DNA of 64,000 bases from Thermoanaerobaculia bacterium (lineage in GTDB: Bacteria; Acidobacteriota; Thermoanaerobaculia; Multivoradales; JAHEKO01): contig JBHHWO010000003.1 of NCBI GenBank assembly GCA_046756565.1, forward strand, positions 144-64,143, read 5' to 3'. Made by a program: the position numbers and the translations under genes. The number at the start of each line of letters is the position of its first letter. Within the stretch, counting starts at the first letter, position 1. The notes under the pieces are model-generated. The model made no database searches and was not told where the DNA came from. It saw only the letters and a program-made list of their open reading frames with translations. Below are positions 9,318 through 18,662 of the stretch, one piece after another.

Positions 9318-11630
9318 TCAGCCGATCAGGAGCTTGATGGCGCTGGCGACCAGCCCGGCCGCAAGCAGACCGGCCATGACTCCCCACCAGAATCGCGCAG
9401 TCTTGGTGCGCGGCAACCTGACGGCGGTCGTGAGGGTCCGTGTCCCGGCAGAGACGGGCTCCTGCTCCGCAGTCGAGATTGTCGAAGCCACGTCTTCCAC
9501 GGCGGGCACATCCGCCGGCTCGGCAAACAGGTCGGTGAAGAACTCACTCAGGGTCTGTTCGCTCGGGGAGGCGTCGAGTGTCCGCAGCAGCGCTCTCAGA
9601 TCCGACTCCAGTTCGCCCGCGCTCTGGTAGCGAACCGACGGTTTCTTGGCCAGCGTCTTGACCAGGATCCTTCGGATTTCCTGGGGCAGGCCCGGGCAGT
9701 GCTTGCGAGGATCGTCGAAATTCCCGGCTCGCACGGCATCCAGCAGAGAGATCTCGTTGTCGGCTTCGTACAGACGGCGCCCGGCGATGATCTCGTACAT
9801 GACGCTGCCGAGCGAGTAGATGTCGCTGCGGGCGTCCACTGCCTTCCCCGAGGCCTGCTCGGGCGACATGTACTGGAGCTTTCCTTTGAGGGCCCCGATC
9901 TCGGTCTGAATCACGGACGAGACGGCTTTCGCGACTCCGAAATCGCAGAGCCTCACGCGTCCGTCACGGCCCAGCAGGACGTTGCGCGGCGACACGTCGC
10001 GGTGGACGAGCCCCATAGGCGCACCCTGGGAGTCCTGGCGAGTGTGTGCGTACTCGAGACCCCGCGCCAGCTGGGCGCCGATCAGGAGAGCCAGCCCGAT
10101 GGGCATCTGCTCGGATCGCTGACGGAGCCGATTCAGCAGGCTGCGCAGGTCCCGGCCGTCAACATATTCCATCGCTATGAAGAAGCTCGACCCGATCTTG
10201 CCGAGGTCGTAGATCTCGACGAGATTCTCGTGACTGAGCTGAGCGGCCAGCTTCGCCTCTTCGATGAACATCGCGACGAATTCGCTGTTTTCTGCGAGGT
10301 GCGGAAGGATCTTCTTGATAGCCACCGTCTTACGGAAGCCCTCCATGCCGAGCATGCTCGCCCGCCAGACCTCGGCCATACCTCCCACCGCGATCCGCTC
10401 GTCGAGCTTGTACTGGCCAAAACGAACACCGCCGCCATCCGTGTCCCCGCGAGCCGGATCCGGAGCGTCCGCCTCAGGCCCGGCGGGCTCGACGCCCGCC
10501 GAGGCGCCAACCGCACTCGGCTCCTCTTCCGGGATCGCCTCATCCGACAGGGCTGCGGCCGGCGCAACCGGGGAGACCGCCGCGGAGACCTCGTCGTCCC
10601 CGCCCTTGAGATCCTCCGACTCCGCATCTTCCGAGAGCTCCGACGCAACCTCGGCTGAGGAGCCCACGGGCTCGGCTTCCGCGTCGGCGGCGCCAGCCTC
10701 GACAGACAGCTCGGGGCTCAGCGTGCGGACCAGCGCTTCTATTGGATCTTCCGGCTGATGCGCCAATTGAGCGTCCGGCAGCTCGTCAGGCTCCGCGGCC
10801 AACTCCTCGGCCTTTGGCTTCTCGGCCGGCTCTTCGATCGACTCCTCGGTCGGTTCATAAGCTTCGGACCCAGCCAGCTCAGCTGCCGTCTCGGGCTCGT
10901 CGGCACTCGAATCGGCAATCTCCAGGGACTCTTCGAATGCCACACCGGACGCCGACTCGGGTTCCCCATCCCCGACCAGCGAGTCGAGCTCGGCCAAAGC
11001 TGCAGTCACCGCGCTGGGCACCTCCTCGGCCAAGTCCTCATCGAAGGGTGGCGGCGCCTCCTCGGTCTCCTGCGAACCGGCTTGGGCAGCGGCGGATTCC
11101 AGCCCGGGCGGAGGAGCCTCAGCTTCCGGCTCAGCCTCGGGCTCCGGCGCCGGCGCCGGATCGGCCTCGAGCTCCGAGGCCGGGAGCTCACCCATCTCCG
11201 AGAGAAGGTCGCCGAAGATCTCTTCGGACCCGAGCTTTTCGCCCATCATGGGTGTGATCGGTCCGGTCGAGTGATGCGGCAACGACATGACCCGCTCGGC
11301 AGCGTCGAGCAGCTCTTGGGCCCGAGGCGGCTTGCTGAGAATCTGATCCGCGCCGGCCTCGAACGCACCGAATGCATCCTCGGCACCCTCCGCGGGCTCC
11401 AGGAGGAGCACTCCGGGTCCGCCGTTCCGCGAGCCGAAGGTACGCACGAGCTCGCTGGCTCCATCGACCTCAAAGTCAACGATCACCAGCCCCGGCTCGT
11501 GATCCGCACTGGCCCGAAGCGCGGCCTCCCGATCCTCTGCAGTGGTCACGAACCAGCCTTGCGAGCCGAGGACGCTGCGTACATGGCGCCCGATGCGGCC
11601 GTCGTTGGAAACCACGAGAATCACGACCAT
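9318..11630 (-). CDS. Hybrid protein: N-terminal receiver (REC)-like domain, long acidic E/A/P-rich linker, Ser/Thr protein kinase domain, C-terminal TM helix
   Basis: REC-like fold in the first ~115 aa (…VIVDFEVDG…ILSKPP). Kinase motifs YKLDERIAVGGMAEVW, AIKKI, HRDVSPRNVLL, DFGVAKA, SPEQ. C-terminal FWWGVMAGLLAAGLVASAIKLLIG. Confidence 0.8.
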   Translation of the reverse strand: MVVILVVSNDGRIGRHVRSVLGSQGWFVTTAEDREAALRASADHEPGLVIVDFEVDGASELVRTFGSRNGGPGVLLLEPAEGAEDAFGAFEAGADQILSKPPRAQELLDAAERVMSLPHHSTGPITPMMGEKLGSEEIFGDLLSEMGELPASELEADPAPAPEPEAEPEAEAPPPGLESAAAQAGSQETEEAPPPFDEDLAEEVPSAVTAALAELDSLVGDGEPESASGVAFEESLEIADSSADEPETAAELAGSEAYEPTEESIEEPAEKPKAEELAAEPDELPDAQLAHQPEDPIEALVRTLSPELSVEAGAADAEAEPVGSSAEVASELSEDAESEDLKGGDDEVSAAVSPVAPAAALSDEAIPEEEPSAVGASAGVEPAGPEADAPDPARGDTDGGGVRFGQYKLDERIAVGGMAEVWRASMLGMEGFRKTVAIKKILPHLAENSEFVAMFIEEAKLAAQLSHENLVEIYDLGKIGSSFFIAMEYVDGRDLRSLLNRLRQRSEQMPIGLALLIGAQLARGLEYAHTRQDSQGAPMGLVHRDVSPRNVLLGRDGRVRLCDFGVAKAVSSVIQTEIGALKGKLQYMSPEQASGKAVDARSDIYSLGSVMYEIIAGRRLYEADNEISLLDAVRAGNFDDPRKHCPGLPQEIRRILVKTLAKKPSVRYQSAGELESDLRALLRTLDASPSEQTLSEFFTDLFAEPADVPAVEDVASTISTAEQEPVSAGTRTLTTAVRLPRTKTARFWWGVMAGLLAAGLVASAIKLLIG

Positions 11631-11718
11631 CCTGAGCGATTCTTAGCAGGCCCGGATCGACTGAGTCAATGCAACCGATGCAGGCTACTATTGGGGCACA
11701 AGGTCGCTGGAGGTATCG

Positions 11719-12462
11719 ATGGCTGGACACAGTAAGTGGGCGCAGATCAAACGGAAGAAGGCGGTGACGGACGCCCGCCGGGGACAACTCTGGACCCGGC
11801 TTCTCAAAGAGATCACCGTGGCTGCCCGGCTCGGCGGCGGTGATCCGGATGGCAACGCGCGCCTCCGAGTAGCGGTGCAAGAAGCGCGCGGGAACAATGT
11901 GCCGGCGGCCAATATCGAGCGAGCGATCAAGCGTGGCACGGGAGAGCTCGAGGGGTTTTCGTACGAAGAGGTGTCCTACGAGGGCTACGGACCCGGAGGC
12001 GCGGCGATACTGGTCGAGGCGGTCACCGACAATCGAAATCGCACGGTGGCGGAGGTCCGGCACCTTTTCTCCAAGCACGGAGGCAACCTGGGAGAGAACG
12101 GCTGCGTGTCCTGGATGTTCGACAAGCGCGGCTATCTGGCGTTCGAGTCCGATTCGATGACCGAAGAGGCCTTCGTGGAGCTCGCCCTGGAGCTCGACGT
12201 CGATGACCTCGCGTCCGAGGAGGACGGGCACGAGCTGTTCACGTCTCCGGAGAGATATCTGGAGGTCCGAGAGGCGGTCGCGGCCAGGGGCGTGGAGCCG
12301 GTGACCGGCGAAGTGGCCATGCTGCCCAAGAACTACGTCGATCTGCCCGAGGACAAGGTGCATACCGTGCTCAAGTTGATTGACGCGCTCGAGGACCTGG
12401 ACGACGTCCAGAGCGTGTGGAGCAACGTCAACATCGAGGCCGTCGCCGCCGGTGCAAGCTGA
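11719..12462 (+). CDS. yebC: YebC/PmpR-family transcriptional regulator
   Basis: MAGHSKWAQIKRKKA... is the canonical YebC N-terminus; ruvC lies immediately downstream, as in many bacteria. Confidence 0.9.
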   Translation: MAGHSKWAQIKRKKAVTDARRGQLWTRLLKEITVAARLGGGDPDGNARLRVAVQEARGNNVPAANIERAIKRGTGELEGFSYEEVSYEGYGPGGAAILVEAVTDNRNRTVAEVRHLFSKHGGNLGENGCVSWMFDKRGYLAFESDSMTEEAFVELALELDVDDLASEEDGHELFTSPERYLEVREAVAARGVEPVTGEVAMLPKNYVDLPEDKVHTVLKLIDALEDLDDVQSVWSNVNIEAVAAGAS

Positions 12463-12970
12463 CCGATCGGCTGCCAACGTACGGATCCTAGGGCTGGACC
12501 CCGGCAGCCGCCACACGGGCTTCGGGGTAATCGACCAGAAGGCAGGCCGACTGCAGCCGGTTCGCTTTGGTCGCTTCTCGCTCCCACCCAAGTCCGACCT
12601 GGCGAGCCGCCTGGCGGAGCTCGACGCTCAGCTGAGCGCGCTCGTAGACGAGCTCGAGCCCACGCACGCCGCGCTCGAAACTCCGTTCCAGGGCCTCAAC
12701 CCCCGGTCTCTGATCATCCTCTCCCAAGCCCGGGGCGTTCTGATCGCGGCACTCGCCCGGCGCAGGATCCCGATCACCGAATACACCCCCACGGAGGTCA
12801 AGAGCGCGGTGTCCGGGTACGGCCGCGCTGCTAAGTCTCAGGTGGGCCGGATGGTCTGCCAAATCCTCGCCCTGGGGAACGAAAAACCGTCCGAAGACGC
12901 CGCCGACGCACTCGCGGTGGCCATCTGTTGCGCCAACCGCAGCCACTTCGAACTGCTTAGGACCGAGTAG
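12452..12970 (+). CDS. ruvC: Holliday junction resolvase RuvC
   Basis: RILGLDPGSRHTGFGVI... matches the RuvC N-terminus and catalytic Asp. I use the GTG at 12452 (11-bp overlap with yebC); the track ORF begins at the ATG at 12380, deep inside yebC. Confidence 0.8.
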   Translation: MQADRSAANVRILGLDPGSRHTGFGVIDQKAGRLQPVRFGRFSLPPKSDLASRLAELDAQLSALVDELEPTHAALETPFQGLNPRSLIILSQARGVLIAALARRRIPITEYTPTEVKSAVSGYGRAAKSQVGRMVCQILALGNEKPSEDAADALAVAICCANRSHFELLRTE

Positions 12971-13182
12971 CCTCCATCGCGCTTTTCTTGTTTTTGCTAT
13001 TGTGCTAGGGTCTCCGCTCGTCTCACTACGGTGATCGTTGTTCGATAAGCCATACGGAATGAAGGTTTTTCGCCCCGAACGATGTCCGGGCCGGCCCCTT
13101 CGGCTGGCCTGCATCGATGGGCGAAAAACATGGAACTGGAGTCTCCGAAGCGGAGTCCAATTCAAGGTAGAGGAGGAATAGC

Positions 13183-13857
13183 GTGGCAGAATTCGGCGGT
13201 ACTTTCGTCAAGATCTTTCGTGATGGCGGCTTTGTCATGTGGCCGCTTCTGGTGTTCTCGATTCTCTCGGTTATCTTCATCATCGAGCGCTGGCTGGCTC
13301 TGCGGCGGGCCAAGATCAACGTCAATGAGTTCCTGGCCAAGACCCGCAAGGAGCTGATCGTCAACCGCTCGGTCAAGAACGCGATCAAGGTCTGTGAGGA
13401 CTATCGTGGCCCGGTTGCCTCGATCCTCAAGGCTGGATTGCTGAAGTACGGCCAGCCCCGTGAAGATGTCGAGAAGACGATCGAGAACGCAGCCCTCTAC
13501 GAGATGGGCCGGCTCGAGCGCAACCTTGTCTGGCTCGCCAGTATCGCCAACGTCGCGCCGCTGCTCGGTTTCTTCGGAACCGTCGTCGGCATGATCAAGT
13601 CCTTCGAGGCGCTGGCCGAAGCCGGTCTCTCGAATCCGGGCCTGGTCGCCGCGGGTATCTCCGAAGCCCTGATCACAACCGCGGCAGGTCTGTTCGTCGC
13701 GATTCCGGCCCAGTTGTTCTACAACTTCTTCATGAGCCGAATCAACACATTTGTGCGCGACATCGAGACTTCCTCGAACATGCTGCTCGAGACCTTCAAC
13801 GAGATGGAACGGAGTGGGATCACCGGCGACGCGCCCAGCCAGCCAGGGCGCGCCTAG
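13183..13857 (+). CDS. exbB: ExbB/TolQ/MotA-family proton channel
   Basis: GTG start preceded by AGGAGG (13171-13176). Three TM segments and the conserved ...LASIANVAPLLGFFGTVVGMI... motif. Confidence 0.85.
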   Translation: MAEFGGTFVKIFRDGGFVMWPLLVFSILSVIFIIERWLALRRAKINVNEFLAKTRKELIVNRSVKNAIKVCEDYRGPVASILKAGLLKYGQPREDVEKTIENAALYEMGRLERNLVWLASIANVAPLLGFFGTVVGMIKSFEALAEAGLSNPGLVAAGISEALITTAAGLFVAIPAQLFYNFFMSRINTFVRDIETSSNMLLETFNEMERSGITGDAPSQPGRA

Positions 13858-13878
13858 GTTTCTAATAGGAACGACGCG

Positions 13879-14322
13879 ATGAGGCTAAAAGCCCGTTCGG
13901 TACAAAACACCGGAATTCCCACGGCATCGATGGCGGATATCGCCTTTCTGCTGATCATCTTCTTCATGGTGACGATCTCGTTCGAGGTCGACAAGACGAC
14001 CGTGACTCTTCCGGAAACCGACCTGCGCTTCGAGATTCCCAAGCAGGCCGCCTATGTCTCGGTCACCGAGAACGGACAGATCCGCGTCTCGAGCGGGGAA
14101 GAGATCAGCGTTCCGGTTCCCGGACCGGATGAGGTGCTCTCCTTTGCCGCCGGCGTGGTCGCGGCCGATCCCGGCAAGGCCTTCGTGCTCAAGGCGGACA
14201 AGGAAGTGCCCTACCAGTACGTCGACGGCGTCATGGACTCCTTGAAGCAGGCCAAGGCGCAGGTCATCTATCTTCTGTCGAATCAGGAGACGGTCGAAGA
14301 TGGTGATGGGACGGAGGGCTAG
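13879..14322 (+). CDS. exbD: ExbD/TolR biopolymer transport protein
   Basis: MADIAFLLIIFFMVT single TM plus an ExbD periplasmic domain. Confidence 0.85.
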   Translation: MRLKARSVQNTGIPTASMADIAFLLIIFFMVTISFEVDKTTVTLPETDLRFEIPKQAAYVSVTENGQIRVSSGEEISVPVPGPDEVLSFAAGVVAADPGKAFVLKADKEVPYQYVDGVMDSLKQAKAQVIYLLSNQETVEDGDGTEG

Positions 14323-14325
14323 GCG

Positions 14326-14763
14326 ATGAAGATCAAGAAAATGCAAGCCAGTGACGAGATCCCGACTTCCTCGATGGCGGACATCGCCTTCCTGCTGATC
14401 ATCTACTTCATGGTGACCACGACTTTTGCGGCTACCCGCGGTCTGGACTTCTCGCTACCTCCCGAGGACGACACCCCGCCGATGGTCGAAAAGGAAGAGG
14501 CGGTGCTCATCGAGATCCAGGCCGGCGGCGTCTACGTGGTCGACCAGAAGCCCATGCCCCTGTCCGAGATCCTCGACTACCTCAAGCCGAAGCTCGAGCG
14601 AAACCCGAAGAAGCCGGTCATCATCCGGCCGCAGCCAGATGCCCAGTACGGCTACATGGTCGCGGTCTTTGACGAACTGCGGCAGGGCGAGGACAAGATC
14701 GGCATGAAGGTGGACAATATCTCCATCCCGACACAGCGCGAAATCGAAATGTTCTGGTTCTAG
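14326..14763 (+). CDS. exbD: Second ExbD/TolR paralog
   Basis: MADIAFLLIIYFMVTTTF...; 3 bp after the first exbD. Confidence 0.85.
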   Translation: MKIKKMQASDEIPTSSMADIAFLLIIYFMVTTTFAATRGLDFSLPPEDDTPPMVEKEEAVLIEIQAGGVYVVDQKPMPLSEILDYLKPKLERNPKKPVIIRPQPDAQYGYMVAVFDELRQGEDKIGMKVDNISIPTQREIEMFWF

Positions 14764-14772
14764 GAGAGCAGA

Positions 14773-15489
14773 ATGGCCGAAGAAGAAAAGGTTCAGCGCA
14801 GCGCGGTGGACGAAGCCACCGACCTGGCGGCGGGCGACCTGATGACCTTCGCGCACGAGTACGACGAGGATCGCAAGACGATGCGCTGGGCAGCTGTGGC
14901 TGCGGTGATTCTGCACATCATCTTCTTCATCATCCAGTTCCCTGAGATGGTGGCCGCGGAACGGGAACAGAAGAAAGCCAAGGTCTACGTCGTCCAGCAG
15001 GTGCGTTTCAAGCCGCCGCCACCCAAGCAGCAGCAGGAGATCCCCAAGCCCAAGTCGAAGAAGGTCCCGATTCCGGATCCGACCCCGGACGAGCCCGAGC
15101 CCATCCGACTCCAGGAAGAGATCGAGCCCGAGGTCGAGATGCCCGACACCGACATCATCATGGGCATTCCGGAAGGGCCTCCTCCGATGGAGCCCACCGG
15201 TCCGATCCGTGTGGGAGGTGACGTCAAGCCACCCAAGAAGACCTTCTTCCCGTCGCCCCAGTACACCGAGATCGCGCGCAAGGCGCGGATCACGGGGGTC
15301 GTGATCGTCGAGGCGATCATCAACAAGCAGGGCAACGTCACCAACGTCAAGGTGCTCAAGGGCCTTCCGATGGGCCTCGACCAGGCGGCCGCCGATGCGG
15401 TCGCGCGCTGGAAATTCGAGCCGGCTACGCTCAACGGCAAGCCGGTGGCGGTGATCTACAACCTCACCGTCAATTTCCAATTGCAGTGA
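14773..15489 (+). CDS. tonB: TonB-family energy transducer (TM anchor, Pro/Lys-rich spacer, TonB_C domain)
   Basis: TM AAVAAVILHIIFFIIQF, a PPPPKQQQEIPKPKSKKVPIPDP spacer, and C-terminal ...ARITGVVIVEAIINKQGNVTNVKVLKGLPMGLDQAAADAVARWKFEPA.... Confidence 0.8.
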   Translation: MAEEEKVQRSAVDEATDLAAGDLMTFAHEYDEDRKTMRWAAVAAVILHIIFFIIQFPEMVAAEREQKKAKVYVVQQVRFKPPPPKQQQEIPKPKSKKVPIPDPTPDEPEPIRLQEEIEPEVEMPDTDIIMGIPEGPPPMEPTGPIRVGGDVKPPKKTFFPSPQYTEIARKARITGVVIVEAIINKQGNVTNVKVLKGLPMGLDQAAADAVARWKFEPATLNGKPVAVIYNLTVNFQLQ

Positions 15490-15728
15490 GGCCGCGCCAG
15501 CGAGAAACGGCTCCAAAGCGAGAGCCGGCCTCGCGGGCGAGGTTCGAAGCCGTCCGTAAGTGAGGACAAACCGGCTGAAACCGGCCTGGGTCTAGCGCCA
15601 TGCAACATGACTGTGAACTCGCGTTCCGAGCCAGGGCTCGGACCGAAGCAGCCAATCCCGTGGCACGGCGCTTGCTCTGTCAAGATGGCGTGTAGGGTGA
15701 AGTGATATCGATCGAAAGGAGACTCGAA

Positions 15729-16904
15729 ATGAAGCTCAGAAACACAACAGCCGTCATCGCCGTGCTGGCCATGATGTTGACGGCCGGCATCGCCAGCGCC
15801 GGTGACTATGAGGACGGCGTTGCCGCCTTCAAGAAGGCCGACTGGGCCACCGCCATCGCCAAGTTCAAGGCCCAGGTCGATAAACAGCCGGAGTGGGCCG
15901 GCGGACACTTCATGCTCGGTTGGGCTTACCTGAAGAACAAGAACACGCGCGACGCGATCACCCATCTCCGCAAGGCCTACGACCTCGAGCCTGCCAACGC
16001 CAACCATCAGATGCGCTTGGGCGAGGCCTACGTCGCGGCCAACCGCAACAGCGATGCAGTCGCGTTTCTGAGCAAGATCGACGCTTCGGCCCTGCCCAAG
16101 AACGCGCAAGGCTACCTGGCGCAGCTCAAGGCGGTCGCGCTCACCAAGAGCGGGCAGGCCGGGAGCGCGGTGGCCGAGTTGAAGAAGTCGGCCGCAGCGA
16201 ATCCCAACGACGCCGACATCCAGTTCCAGCTCGGATCGACCGCTGCTGCTGCCGGTGATACCAGGACGGCCCTGTCGGCGCTCGCCAAAGCCGCTTCTCT
16301 CGACCCCGGCGACAGCAAGAAGCAACTCGCCTATGCCAAGGTCCTGATCGGCCAAGCCGTGCGCATGCCCAAGGGCTCGGCCAAGGACGGCCAGTACCGG
16401 AAGGCCGCCGCCGCGGCCCAGAGAGTCGTCTCCTCGAACGCTTCGTTCGACAATCTGATGCTCCTCGGCGATGCCGAGCTCGGCTCGAAGTCCTACGACG
16501 CGGCGATCGCTACCTACAAACGAGCGTCGGCCAAGAACTCGGCGGACTGGCTCCCCGAGTACTACATCGGCCAGGCCTATACCGCCAAAGGCCAGTACAG
16601 ATCGGCCGAGTCGTCTCTGAAGACGTCTCTCGACCGTGCCAAGACTGCCGCAGACCAGGCCAAGGTCTGGAAGCAGCTCGGCTTCGTCTACGAGAAGCAA
16701 AGGAACTTCACGGAAGCGATCTCTTCCTACAATCGGGCCGGCGACGGCGCGGGGGCGGAACGTGCCCGGAAGAACCAAGAGACGCAAGCCGAGAATAGGC
16801 GGATCGAGGCCGAGAACACCGAGTTGGCGAAGCTCAAGGCCGAGCAGGAAGCTCTGGAAGCCGAGCTGAAGAACCTCCCGGGCGCCGCGCCGCCCCGCTT
16901 CTAG
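15729..16904 (+). CDS. Secreted TPR-repeat protein (TonB-system-associated)
   Basis: ATG at 15729 with AAGGAG 7 nt upstream; signal peptide MKLRNTTAVIAVLAMMLTAGIASA; multiple TPR-like A/L/Y-rich repeats; C-terminal coiled coil. Confidence 0.75.
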   Translation: MKLRNTTAVIAVLAMMLTAGIASAGDYEDGVAAFKKADWATAIAKFKAQVDKQPEWAGGHFMLGWAYLKNKNTRDAITHLRKAYDLEPANANHQMRLGEAYVAANRNSDAVAFLSKIDASALPKNAQGYLAQLKAVALTKSGQAGSAVAELKKSAAANPNDADIQFQLGSTAAAAGDTRTALSALAKAASLDPGDSKKQLAYAKVLIGQAVRMPKGSAKDGQYRKAAAAAQRVVSSNASFDNLMLLGDAELGSKSYDAAIATYKRASAKNSADWLPEYYIGQAYTAKGQYRSAESSLKTSLDRAKTAADQAKVWKQLGFVYEKQRNFTEAISSYNRAGDGAGAERARKNQETQAENRRIEAENTELAKLKAEQEALEAELKNLPGAAPPRF

Positions 16905-16930
16905 TCCGACCCACCGACCGAGTCTTCTAT

Positions 16931-16964
16931 GAGAGGCCGCCGAAAGGCGGCCTCTCTTTCATCT
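16931..16964. terminator. Bidirectional Rho-independent terminator between the convergent TPR gene and ftsX
   Basis: GAGAGGCCGCC-GAAA-GGCGGCCTCTC perfect 11-bp stem followed by TTTCATCT. Confidence 0.8.
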
Positions 16965-16975
16965 CGCATCGGCGT

Positions 16976-17869
16976 CTACCCGAAAACCCCGGTCCTTTCG
17001 CGCAGCGGGATGAGCCCGCCGATGAGACCGGCAAGGCCCCCCAGGCTCAGCAGCGCCAGGATCTGGCTACGGGTAAGGAAGAACTCGAGCAGAGCCCCTC
17101 GCACGAACCACGGTACCTCGGCGGCCGCCAGCCCCCAGTAGCCCAGCCAGAGAGCGCCCAGAGCGAAGCCCGCTCCGAGAACGCCTTGGACCAGTCCCTC
17201 GATGACGAACGGGCCTCTTACGAAGAACTCGGTGGCGCCAATCAGGCGCATCGCCGAGATCTCCTTGCGATAGACGAAGGTGGACAGCCGTACGACGCTG
17301 GCGATGCTGACTGCAGCCGCGACCATCAGAATCCCACCTATGAGCAGGCCCAGAGTGCTCGCCACGGACGCCGCCGTATTCATCGTTTCGAGCCACTCCC
17401 GGTCGTCGTCGACCTCGGCGACACCGGCCAGGTGGGACAACTCGGCGGCCAACCCTGCGACCCGGGTCCGGTCGCCGGATACCTCGAGCTCGATGGATGC
17501 CGGGAGCGGCGAACGCTCGAGATCCTCGGTCACCTCATCCAGCTCCGGAAAGCGGCTGCGGAAGCGCTCGGCGGCCTCTTCAGGGGAGACTTCACGGGCC
17601 ACCACGAACGAGTCGAGCGACTCTAGATACTCATGCAGGCGCTCGCGGTCCGCTGGCGCGATGTTTCCGTCGAGAAACACCACGACCTGCGCCTGAGCGC
17701 GCCAGGTGTCGACCGCCCGCGCCATATTGCCGCCCAGCAGGACCAGGGTCCCGCCGATGAACAGGCTGAGGGCGGTCGTCGCGACCGCGAGCGAGCTGAT
17801 CCGCCATCCACGCAGCAGATTGCGAAGCGCTTCGCCGAAGAAGTACCTGAGCGCCTGAAACAGGCTCAT
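16976..17869 (-). CDS. ftsX: Cell division permease FtsX
   Basis: Four-TM FtsX topology with a periplasmic loop; 4-bp overlap with ftsE. Confidence 0.85.
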   Translation of the reverse strand: MSLFQALRYFFGEALRNLLRGWRISSLAVATTALSLFIGGTLVLLGGNMARAVDTWRAQAQVVVFLDGNIAPADRERLHEYLESLDSFVVAREVSPEEAAERFRSRFPELDEVTEDLERSPLPASIELEVSGDRTRVAGLAAELSHLAGVAEVDDDREWLETMNTAASVASTLGLLIGGILMVAAAVSIASVVRLSTFVYRKEISAMRLIGATEFFVRGPFVIEGLVQGVLGAGFALGALWLGYWGLAAAEVPWFVRGALLEFFLTRSQILALLSLGGLAGLIGGLIPLRERTGVFG

Positions 17870-18624
17870 CCGAACACAGGGGCCTCGGCCGTGGCAGTCG
17901 GAGACGGTTCCAGGGGACGATCCTCGACCAACCGGCCCTCGTCCAGACGCAGGAGCCTTTGCCCGAACTCCCGCCGCAGGTCCGGGTCGTGGGATGCCAG
18001 CACGATCGTGGTTCCATCTCGATGGAACTCGGAAAAGAGCTTCATGATCTCTCTCGAGAGATCCGGATCGAGGTTGCCGGTCGGCTCGTCTGCCAGCACG
18101 ACGTCGGGCTTGTTGACAACCGCCCGCGCGATTGCGACCCGCTGTTGCTCACCCCCGGACAGCTCGGCCGGGTAGGCATCGGCGTGATCCCGCAAGCCGA
18201 CCCGATCGAGCGCGCGCAGGGCCAGCTCACGGCGCCGCTCGGCGTCCATTCCCATGATCAAAGGCAAGAAGCTCACGTTCTCATGCACGGTCTTGCGCTC
18301 GATCAGCGAGAAGTCCTGAAAAACAATTCCCATCGTTCGCCTCAGGAACGGTACCTTCTTCGCCGGCAGCGACCCGACGTTGCGTCCATTGACCACGATC
18401 TGACCTTCGGTAGGCACCTCGGCACGGTAGATGAGGCGCAAGAACGTCGTCTTGCCGGCGCCGCTCTTTCCGGTCAGTACGACGAACTGCCCGCTCGGAA
18501 TGCTCAGGCTGACCTTCGACAACGCCACCCGGTTGCCAGGGTAGGTCATCGACACGTTGAAGAACTCGATCACGACGAAACCCGTGCGGCTGGTATTGCC
18601 AGTGGAAGTCCATCCACTGAGCAT
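17866..18624 (-). CDS. ftsE: Cell division ATP-binding protein FtsE
   Basis: Walker A GKSGAGKTT, ABC signature LSGGEQQRVAIARA, Walker B VVLADEPTGNLD. An alternative GTG start at 18573 would give the canonical IEFxNV N-terminus. Confidence 0.9.
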   Translation of the reverse strand: MLSGWTSTGNTSRTGFVVIEFFNVSMTYPGNRVALSKVSLSIPSGQFVVLTGKSGAGKTTFLRLIYRAEVPTEGQIVVNGRNVGSLPAKKVPFLRRTMGIVFQDFSLIERKTVHENVSFLPLIMGMDAERRRELALRALDRVGLRDHADAYPAELSGGEQQRVAIARAVVNKPDVVLADEPTGNLDPDLSREIMKLFSEFHRDGTTIVLASHDPDLRREFGQRLLRLDEGRLVEDRPLEPSPTATAEAPVFG

Positions 18625-18662
18625 TTCCCCAGCCTGGCTAGTCTAGCGCCCCGTGCTAGCGT

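Noticed and set aside
9300-12600. Numerous long Arg/Pro/Ser-rich antisense ORFs across the window (e.g. 9186..10658, 10758..11735, 40366..41790, 40814..42427, 59181..60917)
   Set aside because: These are typical alternate-frame ORFs of 65-70% GC DNA. Each lies opposite a gene with clear homology and lacks motifs of its own.
13081-13182. Possible 40-aa ORF (MKVFRPERCPGRP...) in the ruvC-exbB spacer
   Set aside because: Low GC3, no RBS and no homology. Treated as non-coding leader.
15520-15560. tRNA-like GGTTCGAAGCC segment
   Set aside because: No acceptor stem, anticodon arm or CCA context can be built around it. No tRNA-like cloverleaf was found anywhere in the window.
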